Assembly (NCBI RefSeq): GCF_018350175.1
Contig: NC_058368.1
Span: 29,762,001-29,826,000, forward strand
Direction: 5' to 3'
DNA from: Felis catus
Taxonomy: Eukaryota
DNA: 64,000 nucleotides
The position numbers and the translations under genes were made by a program. Below the pieces are notes generated by a model. The model searched no databases, was not told the DNA's origin, and saw only the letters and a program-made list of their open reading frames with translations. Positions 37,335 through 49,319 of the stretch are shown one piece after another (the stretch's first letter is position 1; each line of letters begins with the position of its first letter).

Positions 37335-38027
37335 GAGTTTACAATCACATGGATGGAAGCACTAAGAATAGCTAGACAACATGAATATGAATATTGACAT
37401 CTGGGAAGCCTGAGAAGAAATTTTTTGGTAGGGTGATCAATAGAGAAGGGATCATGAACAATATTTAGGAAAGTTTGAATCAGGAGAATTTAGTTCATTT
37501 TTGTCTGTGCCATCCACAGGGTTAGGCACCAGGGTATGTGCTGTCACTCCCTAGGGCATTTTGGTCACTGGGGAAGGCAGTACACCATCACACAACTTCA
37601 GTGTAATGTGGTTAGTGATAAACAGTGATAAATTTAGTGATAGATTCCCAGGAGAGAAGATCAGCTTCTGGGAGCTCACTTAAGAAGCAGGGAGATGGTT
37701 CAGCAAACTCCTTGTGAGAAGGAGGGGGCTATTTTAGGCCAAGCATTGGACTTGGGAGTAAGCATAGGGCAGGAATAATTGCCACTCTGTACTTCTAAGG
37801 CTCTATTTATAACCATCGATATCCAAAAGGTTCAGAGACTAGAATATGTCCTATTACAGATGAATATACTATTCACATGTGTTTTTTTGAAATAGGCAAG
37901 GTGTAAGTAACACATAAAATAATACAATATTTTAATATAGAATGTAGAAAATATGAAGAGACACAAGATGTCATGCAGGCATCCTAAATATCCTGTTTCT
38001 AAATTTGTTAAATGAAGTGGATAATTC

Positions 38028-38046
38028 ATTTTTTTAAATGTTTGTT

Positions 38047-38089
<43 letters not shown>

Positions 38090-38250
38090 AAGTGGGAGAG
38101 AGGAGAGAGAGATGGGGACAGAGTATCAGAAACCAGCTCTGTGCTGACAGCAGAGAGCCTGATAACAGGGATGGAACTCAAGAACCGTGAGATCATGACC
38201 CAGCTGAGCCGAAGTTGGATGCTCAGACTCTGAGCCACCCAGGTCCCCCT
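38028..38250 (-). mobile_element. CanSINE
   Basis: TSD AAGTGGATAATTC at 38015-38027 and 38251-38263. Confidence 0.9.
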
Positions 38251-38676
38251 AAGTGGATAATTCTTGCCTCTACCTGTCTCACAGTTGAGGTGAGGTTTCC
38301 ATGGTACAAAGAATGCAGAGCCCTTTAGGAGCCATAAAACAGTGAACACAGTAAGCCATAGAGCTGATGGGTGTGCTTAAACTAAAGGGACACGGAGCCA
38401 GTTTGCAGACAAGTGTGGAAGGCAGAAGATGATGAAGGACGGAAAGCAGCTGGGGGCAACTGCTGCAGCACCAGAGCAAGGCTAGATCTGAAGTCCATAG
38501 AAAGTTTTCAGCACCTTGGATCCAAAAGGTGGGGGCAGTGGGAAAAGGAAGAAGGTACACTTCTGCTCAGCTGGGATGGGGCAGTGGCTAGAGGCTGAAC
38601 ATGGGTCAGAGAGGAGGTTGTTAACTGTTTTATCCTTAGTGCCTAGAATAACGAAGTCACGAATAAATATGTTTTG

Positions 38677-38718
38677 GAATGAATGAATGAATGAATGAAT
38701 GAATGAATGAATGAATGA
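38677..38718. repeat. (GAAT)n microsatellite, probably an L2 tail
   Basis: Read directly; preceded by L2-like AATAAATATGTTTTG. Confidence 0.9.
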
Positions 38719-39005
38719 AATAGCATCTCCTTAGATTTTACCAGGGACATGGTATGGATCTCTGTCTGCCCATATGCAGGAGACCCCTGGTTAATTTCAA
38801 TAAGTATGAGTTTGGAGAGGTGGTCAGGGCAGACTCTGTATCCCAGATTCAGCTCAACACAGACATCCTAAGGCCCATGGGACCAAAGTAGGAGGACGTG
38901 AGATCTTGGTCAGCACTGCTAGGAAGTCAAGATGCCACAGATACAAGGCCCCACTTCCAGACTGTTTTGCCTGCTCCAGGTTCCATTCTGGGAAACATTT
39001 AGCCC

Positions 39006-39103
39006 TTCTTTTCTTTTCTTTTCTTTTCTTTTCTTTTCTTTTCTTTTCTTTTCTTTTCTTTTCTTTTCTTTTCTTTTTTCTTTTCTTTCTTTTCCTTTCC
39101 TTT

Positions 39104-39167
<64 letters not shown>

Positions 39168-39171
39168 TTCT
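39006..39171. repeat. Compound (TTTTC)n/(TTTC)n microsatellite next to the tail of L1 copy A
   Basis: Read directly. Confidence 0.95.
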
Positions 39172-39189
39172 TATGCCTTTTTTTCAGAT

Positions 39190-42100
39190 TTATGTATTTA
39201 TGTATTTATTTTAAATTTATTTTTTAAGTTTACATCCAGGTTAGTTAGCGTATAGTGCAACAATAATTTCAGGAGTAGATTCCTTAATGCCCCTTACCCA
39301 TTTAGCCCATCACCTTCCCACAATCCTTCCAGCAACCCTCTGTTTGTTCTCCATATTTAAGAGTCTCTTATGTTTTGTCCCCCTCCCTGTTTTTACATTA
39401 GTTTTGCTTCCCTTCCCTTATGTTTATCTGTTTTGTATCTTAAAGTCCTCATATGAGTGAAGTCATATGATATTTGTCTTTCTCTGACTAATTTCGCTTA
39501 GCATAATACCCTCTAGTTCCATCCACATAGCTGTAAATGGCAAGATTTCATTCTTTTTGATTGCCAAGTAATACTCTATTGTGTATGTATATATATAAGA
39601 TGTGGCACACCACATCTTCTTTATCCATTCATCCATCGATGGACATTTGGGCTCTTCCCATACTTTGGGTATTATTGACAGTGCTGCTATAAACATTGGG
39701 GTACATGTGCCCGTTTGAAACAGCATACCTGTATCCCACCTGTATCCCTAGGATAAATACTTATCCTAGGGATAGTGCAATTGCTGGGTTGTAGGGTAAT
39801 TTATTTTTGATTTTTTGAGGGACCTGAATTCTGTTTTCCAGAGTGGCTGCACAAGTTTGCATTCCCACCAGCAGTGCAAAAGAGATCCACTTTCTCTGCA
39901 TCCCCGCCAACATCTGTTGCCTGAGTTGTTAATGTTAGCCATTCTGACAGCTGTGAGGTGTATCTCATTGTGGTTTTGATTTGTATTTCCCTGATGATGA
40001 GTGATGTTGAGCACCTTTTCACGTGTCAGTTGGCCATCTGGATGTCTTCTTTGGAGAAGTGTCTATTCGTGTCTTTTGCCCATTTCTTCACTGGATTATT
40101 CATTTTTTGGATGTTGAGTTTGATAAGTTCTTTATAGATTTGGGATACTAACCCTTTATCTGATATGTCGTTGGCAAATATCTTCTCCCATTCCATCAGT
40201 TGCCTTTTAGTTTTGCTGATTGTTTCCTTCACTGTGCAGAAGCTTCTTATTTTGATGAGGTCCCAATATTCATTTTTGCTTTTGTTTCCTTTGCCTCTGG
40301 AGACATGTTGAGTAAGAAGTTGCTGCGGCCAAGATCAAAGAGGTTTTTACCTGCTTTCTCCTCGAAAATTTTGATGGCTCTCTGTCTTGCATTTAGGTCT
40401 TTCATCCATTTTGAGTTTATTTTTGTGTATGGTGTAAGAAAGTGGTCTATGTTCATTCTTCTGCATGTTGCTGTCCAGTTTTCCCAGCACCACTTGCTGA
40501 AGAGACTGTCTTTATTCCACTGGATATTCTTTCCTGCTTTGTCTTGATGATTACAGCTTTGTAATACAGCTTGAAGTCTGGGATTGTGACACCTCCAGTG
40601 TTGGTTTTCTTTTTCAACATTGCTTTGGCTATTCGGAACTTTTCTGGTTCCATACACATTTTAGGATTGTTTGTTCTAGCTCTGTGAAGAATGCTGGTGT
40701 TATTTTGATAGGGATTGCATTGAATATGTAGATTGCTTTGGGGAGTATTGACATCTGAACGATATGTGTTCTTCCTCTCCAGGAGCATGGAATCTTTTTC
40801 CATTTTTTGTGTTTTCTTCAGTTTCTTTCATAAGCTTTCTATAGTTTTCAGTGTATAGATTTTTTGCCTCTTTGGTTAGATTTGTTCCTAGGTATATTAT
40901 GGTTTTTGGTGCAATTGTAAATGGGATCGATTGCTTGATTTCTCTTTCTGTTCCTTCATTATTGGTATGTAGCAATGCAACTGATTTCTGTGCATTGATT
41001 TTATATCCTGTGACTTTGCTAAATTCGTGGATAAGTTCTAGCAGTTTTTGGTGGAGTCTTTTGGGTTTTCTATATAGAGTATCATGCTGTCTGCAAAGGG
41101 TGAATGTTTGACCTCCTCCTGGCTGATTTGGATGCCTTTTATTTCTTTGCATTGTCTGATTGCTGAGGCTAAGACTTCTAATACTATGTTGAATAACAGT
41201 GGCAAGAGTGGACATCCCTGTCTTGTTCCTGACCTTAGAGGGAAAGCTCTCAGTTTTTCCCCATGGAGGATGATATTAGCAGTGGGTCTTTCATATATGC
41301 CTTTTATGCTCTTGAGGTATGCTCCTCCTATCCCTACTTTCTTGAGGGTTTTTATCAAGAAAGAATGCTGTATTTTGTCAAATGCTTTCTCTGCATCTAT
41401 TGAGAGGTTCGTGTGCTTCTTGTCCTATCTTTTACTGATGTGATGAATCACATTGATTGTTTTGTGGATATTGAACCAGCCCTGCATCCCAGGTATAAAT
41501 CCTGCTTGGCCATGATGAATAATTTGTTTAATGTATTGTTGGATCCGGTTGGCTAATATCTTGTTGGGGATTTTTGCATCCATGTTCCTCAGGGAAATTG
41601 GTCTATAGTTCTCCTTTTTAGTAGGGTCTTTGTCTGGTTTTGGAATCAAGGTAATGGTGACTTCATAGAAAGAATTTGGAAGTTTTCCTTCCATTTCTAT
41701 ATTTTGGAACAGCTTCAAGAAAACAGATGTCAAGTCTTCCTTAAATGTTTGGTAGCATTCCCCAGGAAAGCCATCTGGCCCTGGACTCTTGTTTTGTAGG
41801 AGATTTTTGATTACTAATTCGATTTCTTTACTGGTTATGAGTCTGTCCAAATTTTATATCTCTTTCTGTTTCATTTTTGGTAGTGTATGTGTTTCTAGGA
41901 ATTTGTCCATTTCTTCCAGATTGCCCATTTTATTGGCGTATAATTGCTCATAATATTCTCTTACTATTGTTTGTATTTTTTGCTGTGTTGGTTGTGATTC
42001 TCCTCTTTCATTCTCGATTTTATTTATACGGGTCCTTTCCTTTTTCTTTTTGATCAAACTGGCTAGGGGTTTATCAATTTTGTTAAATCTTTCAAAGAAC

Positions 42101-45100
42101 CAGCTTCTGGTTTTTTGGTTTCGATAGAATTGATTTCTGTTGTAATCTTTATTATTTCCTGTCTTCTGCTGGTTTGGGGCTTTATTTGCTGTTTCTTTTC
42201 CAGCTCTTTAAGGTGTAAGGTTAGGTTGTGTATCTGAGACCTTTGTTTCTTCTTTAAGAAGGCCTGGATTGCAATATACTTCTGTCTTATGACCACCTTT
42301 AGTGTGTCCCAGAAGTTTTGGGCTGTGGTGTTATCATTTTCATTGGTTTCCATGTAATTTTTAATTTCCTTTTTAGCTTCTTGATTGGCCCATTCATTCT
42401 TTAATAGGATGGTCTTTAGTCTCCAGGTATTTGTTATCTTCCCAGATTTTTTCTTGTGGTTGATTTCAAGTTTCATAGCATTGTGGTCTGAAAATATGCA
42501 CAGTATGATCTTGGTCTTCTTGTCCTTGTTGAGGGCTGATTTGTCTCCCAGTATGTGATCAATTCTGGAGAATGTTCCATGTGCACTGGAGAAGAATGTG
42601 TATTCTGCTGCTTTAGGATGAAATGTTCTGAATATATCTGTGAAGTCCGTCTGGTCCAGTGTGTCATTCAAAGCCATTGTATCCTTGTTGATTTTCTGTT
42701 TAGATAATCTGTCGATTGTTGTACGTGGGGTGTTGAAGTCCCCTACTATTTTAGTATTAGTATCAATGAGTTTCTTTATTTTTATGATTAACTGATTTTT
42801 ATATTTGGGTGCTTTCACATTTGAAGCATAAATGTTTACAATTGTTAGGTCTTCTTGGTGGATAGACCCCATTATGATATAATGCCCTTCTTCATCTCTT
42901 GTTATAGTCTTTATTTTAAAGTCTAGATTGTCTGATATACATATGGCTACTCTGGCTTTCTTTTGTCTACCATTAGCATGATAGATGATTCTTCATCCCC
43001 TTACTTTCAATCTGAAGATGTCTTTAGGTCCGAAGTGGGTCTTTTATAAACAGCTTATAGATGGATCTTGTTTTCATATCCATTCAGTTACCCTATGTCT
43101 TTTGATTGGAGGATTTAGTCCACTGATGTTTAGAGTGAGTACTGAGAGATATAAATTCAGTGCCATTATGTTGCTTGTAGAGTTGGAGTTTCTGGTGGTC
43201 TCTGGTCCTTTCTAGTCTTTGTTTCTTTTGGTCTTCTTCTTCTTCTTCTTCTTTTCTCCCTTCAGAGAGTCCCCTTTAAAGTTTCTTGCAGGGCTGGTTT
43301 AGCAGTCACGAACTCCTTTACTTTCTTTGTCTGGGAAACTTTTAATCTCTCCTTCTATTTTGAATGACAGCCTTGCTGGATAAAGAATTCTTGGCTGCAT
43401 ATTTTTCAGATTCAGCACATTGAATATATTCTGCCACTCCTTTCTGGCCTGCCAAATTTCTGTGGATAGGTCTGCTGCAAACCTGATCTGTCTTCCCTTA
43501 TAGGTTAAGTCCTTTTTTTTTTTCTCTTGCTGCTTTCATGATTCGTTCCTTGCCTGAGTATTTTGTGAATTTGACTATGATATGCCTTGTTGATGGTCAG
43601 TTTTTGTTGAATCTAATGGGAGTCCTCTGTGCTTCCTGTATTTTGATGTCTGTGTCTTTCCCCAGTTTGGGAATGTTTTCTGCTATGATTTGCTCACAAA
43701 TCATAGGGGTTACTTCTACCCCTTTTTCTCTCTCTTCATCTTCTGGGACCCTTATGATTCTGATGCTGTTCCTTTTTAATGAGTCACTGATTTCCCTAAT
43801 TCTTAAACCGTGCTCTTTTGCTTTGTCTGCTCTTTTTTACTGCTTCATTATTCTCCAGTAGTTTGTCCTCTATATCGCTGATTGGCTGCTCTGCCTCATC
43901 CATCCTTGCCACCATGGCATCCATTGGAGATTGCAGCTCAGTTATAATATTTTTTATTTCATCCTGACCAGGTTTTACTTCTTTTATCTCCTCAGAGAGG
44001 AATTCTAATCTGTTTTCAGCTGCAGCTAGTATTCTTATTATTGTGATTCAAAATTCTGATTCAGACATCTTGCTTGTATCTGTGTTAAGTCCCTGCCTGT
44101 CGTTTCTTCCTGCTCTTTCTTTTGGGGTGAATTCCTTTGTTTCATCATTTTGAAGGAAGAAAAGGAATTAATAAGGTAAAAAAAATTAAAATTAAAAAAT
44201 TAAAAACAACAGCAACAAGAAAAAAAATCAAATAAATGATGCTATATCCTAGGTGTGTTTTGGTTTGGTTATTGAAAGGAGCTTGATAGATTAGAGAAAA
44301 AAGGGGGAAAAAAAGGAAAACATTTGAGAATTTGAAAAAATGAATACAATGAAATAGAATAAAATGAAATGATGGAAGTAAAATAGAATTTGAAAAATTT
44401 ACAAAAAAGCCAAAAATGTAGTTGGAAAAAATTAAAGAAAAATTAAAAAAATTGAAAGTGAAAATAAATTTTTTACCTTTCTGTATTCAAGAAAAAGAAA
44501 AGAAATGAAAAAGAAAAAGAAAATGAATAAATTGACCAGCAAACATAATGAAATACAATTGAAATTACATCTGTTTCCCATAGAAGTCAAACTATGAAGC
44601 ACTTTATTGTCTGAAAACTCAGCAGGCAGAGAGATTTGTGGTGTTCCTGAAGAGCAAGGTTGGCCCAGTTTGGCAGGTCTTAGTGAAACAGTTCAATTCT
44701 CCACTAGATGGTGCTGCTTAGCTTACTGGGGTGGATTGTTGTGGTGCTTGTAGGTGTGTATGTGCATGTGGGGAAGGGGTGAAAATGGCATCACCCAGCT
44801 ACCCAGTCTCTAGTATTGGAACTTTGTTCTCCCCAGCCAGCAATCGCGCACCCGTCTTTGTCTCCAGCTTCTGTCCACTCCCTGCTTTTACACTGTCCAT
44901 GACCAAGCCTTCAGGTTGCCAGGCAGCACCTCCCTCCTGAGTTTTATCTCAGATGTGGCTGTGTTTCTCAATCTCTCACTTCTGAGGGGCTGCAGGTTTT
45001 ACCCACTCAGAATCTCTGGGGGAGAGTCTAACCGAGCAATGGCTGGGTGCTGGCTGCACCCAAGAAAGTTCATGAGACTGTGGTGCTCCTGATGCCCAGA

Positions 45101-45830
45101 GATTGATAGTAGGTGCCAGCCCACCCCAGAAAAAGTTCATGCAATTGTGTAGCAACAGGGTTTCAGGGATTATAGAAAATCACAACACACATCTGGTGCC
45201 AGACTTCACCCTTATTGTCCTTGTTCCAGCACTAGCAAATGTGGTTGTTCTCCATGGTCTGTTGGGACCTTGCCTTGGGGTAGCTGCACAGCCTCTACCA
45301 AATGTCCTCCCAGCAGGGGAACCACCACTCCCCTTGTGGCCTGAGGACTCTGGGCACTCTGAGAACTTTGCTCTCTGCTCCTTGGGATTCACCCTTCCCA
45401 CCAGAGCACTGCCAGGTTTTGAGCTATGGAGTTTCAGACTCTGTGCTCCCCCTGTTTATAGAGTCTTAATGGAATTTAAACCCTCTCCTTTCTCCTTTCT
45501 CTCTTTTTTTGCTCAGTACCTTGTACACTCTTTCATTTCTCTCCAACTGCTTTCACTCAGGGTGAGATGCTTTCCCATACTCTCCCCCCATCTCCATCCT
45601 CTCTCTGCACACAAAAACAGCTCCCTGCCTTCCGCAGCTCTTCTCTCCCCCAGTTTACTCTCCATGCCATGTACCTGCTGAGTTCTGTGGTTCAGGTTGT
45701 GTATATTGTTGTGTTAATCCTCAAATCAGTTTTCTAGGTGTGCAGGATGGTTTAGCGTTGATCTGGCTGTATTTCATGGGTGAGAGATGCAAAAAAACTT
45801 CCATGCTATTCCACCATCTTGGCCCCCCTT
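39190..45830 (-). mobile_element. Near full-length, inactivated LINE-1 of carnivore/felid type (copy A)
   Basis: 5' start GGGGGGCCAAGATGG near 45826; broken ORF1 about 44150-43230; ORF2 pieces for endonuclease (IVGDFNTP, SRIDHILG, SDHNAMKL), RT ([14 protein letters not shown]) and C-terminus (CTPMFIAAL); 3' UTR and A-rich tail. Many stops and frameshifts. Confidence 0.95.
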
Positions 45831-45840
45831 CCCCTCTTTT

Positions 45841-46092
45841 CTTTTTTTTAAGTTTATTTATTTATTTTGAGGGAGAGAGTGAGAGAGCACACACGTGCAA
45901 GTAGGGGAGGAACAGAGAGAGAGAGACAGAGACAGACACAGAGACAGAGACAGAGAGAGGGAGAATTCCAAGCAGGCTCTATGCTGTCAGTGAAGAGCCC
46001 AACTTGGGGCTCGATCTCATGAACTGTGAGATCCTGACCTGGGCCAAAATCAAGAGTTAGATGGTCAACTGACTGAGCCACCGAGGCACCCC
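45841..46092 (-). mobile_element. CanSINE abutting the 5' end of L1 copy A
   Basis: Minus-strand head/body/tail. Confidence 0.88.
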
Positions 46093-46739
46093 TGTTCCCT
46101 CTTCCTTGAGAGCCCCCAGACTGATTCCAGTTCCCTAAAACAGAGCTTGTTGCCTTGCATTCACCTTGCTTATTCCCAGGCTGGTCAAGGCAGCTTCAGC
46201 ACTTGGCCTTCATGGAATCTTTCTTCTTCCTCAGGGCCTTTATAGCATCACTCCTTTCCTGTCTTCAGCTCTCCTGATGCCAAACCCAGCTCAGATGTGA
46301 TTCTAGTTCATTCATAGATAAGCTCATATTACATGTCATTTATCAAAATCACATTCATATATTAAATTCTGTCTCCAGGAGAAAGGGGCATGGTCCTAGT
46401 ACACATCTTAGGAAGTTTGTTACTTATCATACATCCTTTTAATATGTCTCTGATGACTCTGCTTATGTTCTGTCCTGCTCTGTAGCTTTTTTTCCAAGAC
46501 TTGGAGCGTATCCCTTTACTGAGAATATTAGCAGTGGTATTTCTAGTAATAGTTATGGGTGTTGAGCCCCGGATTCTTGCCTCATGTTGTGTCAGGCAGT
46601 TTACATACTTAATTTAATTTTCTCAACAGCTCTGTAAAGTAGGTATTATTATTTTTAAGGAAACTGAGGCTCAGAGGAATTAGTGTCTGCAATTGCTCCT
46701 GGCTGGTTAATGGCAAGGAAAAATTTAAATCCATTTCTA

Positions 46740-46986
46740 GGGGTGCCTGGGTGGCTCAGTTGGTTAAGCATCTGACTTTGGTTCAGGTCATGATCTTGTG
46801 GTTTGTGAGTTCGAGCCCCACGTCAGGCTCTGTGCTGACAGCTCAGAGCCTGGAATCTGCTTGGGATCCTCTGTGTCCCTCTCTCTCTCCCTCTCTTTCT
46901 GCCTGTCCCCCTCTCACATGTGTGCTCTCTCTCAAAAATAAATAAACATTAAACAAAATTAAAAAATAATCAAAAAAAGAAAAAAA
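46740..46986 (+). mobile_element. CanSINE inserted in a MIR-like remnant
   Basis: TSD AAATCCATTTCTA / AAATCCAATTCTA; MIR core GGAAACTGAGGCTCAGAG just upstream. Confidence 0.9.
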
Positions 46987-49319
46987 ATCCAATTCTAACA
47001 GTGCAAACCCCCAAGCACTTTCTGTTATATGGAGCCATACCCCAATTTTTCCACCATCTTGCTCTCCAGGGGACCATCTAATTTTTGGGTTATTCTGTCC
47101 TACCTCTAAGGCCCCTCTACTTTTCTACTTCCAGCGTTGACCCCTCTTTTGAGCTCCACTCTGTGTCTTTTAGTTGGGCATTTTTTTTTTTTTTTTGGAT
47201 ACTCAGCTATAATTTCCTAGAAAGCTGGTAGGAAACAAAATTCATCTTATCACTTCTCAGACTGGTTCTTTTTTTCTCTCTGTATCAATCATGTTGTCCT
47301 TCAGCCCCCACAGAGGAATCATGTTCATATTTTCACTCTCCCTCATTATCTCTAACCATTTTTTTAAGGGTTGTATTATGCTCCCAAATGTCTCTTGTAG
47401 GTACTTCTGACTTCTCAGGCTATGACTCCAACCCTAAGTCAGGTCTCTTCCACTCAGGCCTGGATAGTTAGACTAACTTCTGAGGTGAGCTGGCAGCTAG
47501 AACACACAGCACCTTTGTGTGCATTAGATAAAGGCTCCCTTTTCTCTGGATATGCAGTCCTATCCCAGGTCACATGACTTGGCAAACAGAGCACAGGATG
47601 GGATTCAGTTCTCAGTGGCTACCTCAGTCAGGAGAACTTACACAGTGAACAGCCTGCACAACTGTGCATGGTCACCCCAGAAGAGAGCCTTCTCCTTGCT
47701 GCTCATGTTTCTCCCCCTTCAAAACATTCTCATCTAGGATGATTTCAAAATATTCAGCAACCAGTAAGGCATGGAGACTGACCAATCAGAAGGGACAGTA
47801 GCCTTAATCTATGAGCAAGAGCTACAGGCTTCCTGCTAAGGAAGGATTGAATCTTTAATTGTTTGATTGTGGGAAGTTGGGGAGATCACCGGGGAGTAGC
47901 TAAGGTGTCACTTAGGACCTCAGAGCAGTGGATTTTTATCAATGAGGGTAGCAGTATTTTAGTATTTTTATAACTGGCACAGCTTTCCTAGTGGGTATGG
48001 GCTGGGTAGTAACTCAACTTGTCCCACTCAGGAACCCTCCACAGGTCAAGATCCAATTCCATTCATGGATGGTGCCTGGATATTTAACACTTAGTAATAA
48101 TCAATTTCTATAGACAACAAGGACCTTAACATAAATGTTTGTTTTAGAATAGGTTTAAATTTAGGTGTGGTTATTATCAGAGCCAAGTTCAGGCTTTTTG
48201 TAGAGCTGCCTCTGGGGGTTCTCAAGATACCTACCTCTCTCCTAAATATTTCACCTCCTTCTCCTTCTCACAGCCCCCAACAGGAGGAAACCCAGCCTGG
48301 GGTCAAGGCCTAGAGGATCCACAGAGACTTGCAAATGGGCTACAAGGTAGGGGAGATACACAGCTGTTAAACCTGGTAATATTAGCACAGATGTCAAACT
48401 TGGTGACATCTATCTATCTATCTATCTTTCATCATGTGTCTATCTTATTCTTGTTCTTACTACTTCCCATTCTAACAGGTAGTCAGATTCTTGGTATTTT
48501 CTGGACTATGAGGTTTTTTCCTGGGAAGAAAATAGAAGCTGCTTGAAGAGCCAGAGAGGAAGCTGAGAAGGGGTATGCTTCTGGGAGTCTGAATGAGGGT
48601 GTGGTTGGAGCCTTCCCTCTGTTAGGAAAGTAGTAGGTGGCTGTGCCCTGGTGAGGGTGCCCGGCCTTGTAGAGAGTAGCATGTCTAGGTAGCATGCCTC
48701 TCTGGGTCTCTCAGCTTCATCTGAAGGGACCATATGGTGTCCCAGTACACCCACTGTGACTCATCAATGGGCATTGCTACAGAAACCCCTGGGACCTTTG
48801 CTCAAATCTGGGGAGAGGGGCCCTCATGCTGACTACAATGAGTTTCTGACCAGCTCAGCAGCATAGTGTTTTAGAGTCGAATTTAATGCAGAATTTAATG
48901 AAGACGAATTAATAAAAATAATTTTTCACACCTCTATATTTGTCAGTAATGTTTTATGCCCACCTTTAGCCTTTTTTCAGTCCTCTCTCTTAGATCTCTG
49001 ACTCTCTGCCACTCCATCTCTGTCTGTCAACTTATCTCCTTTTCTATCATTCTTCCCACCTGGCTGCTGTGATAGTGTGGGTGGAGGCTGCCTGCCTCAG
49101 ATGGGAGCCTCTAGCAGTGGCTCAGAGCAGGGGAGGCAAGGAGCCCTTGCAAGGGGCCAGCTCGGCCAGAGTCAGTAGGGGCCCACATCAGTCTGTGCAC
49201 CTGGGAGGGGGCCAAGGAAACCAGTCAGCCTGTCTCTGTCCAGGCCCTGAGTCTGAGAGACAAAAAGGGTCCCTGGATGGCAAGCCAACTCTTCAAGTGC
49301 CTTTTCCTCTTCTTCCTTA

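Noticed and set aside
42063..42872. 269-aa endonuclease-containing ORF as an active L1 gene
   Set aside because: ORF1 and ORF2 of this copy are broken by multiple stops, frameshifts and deletions.
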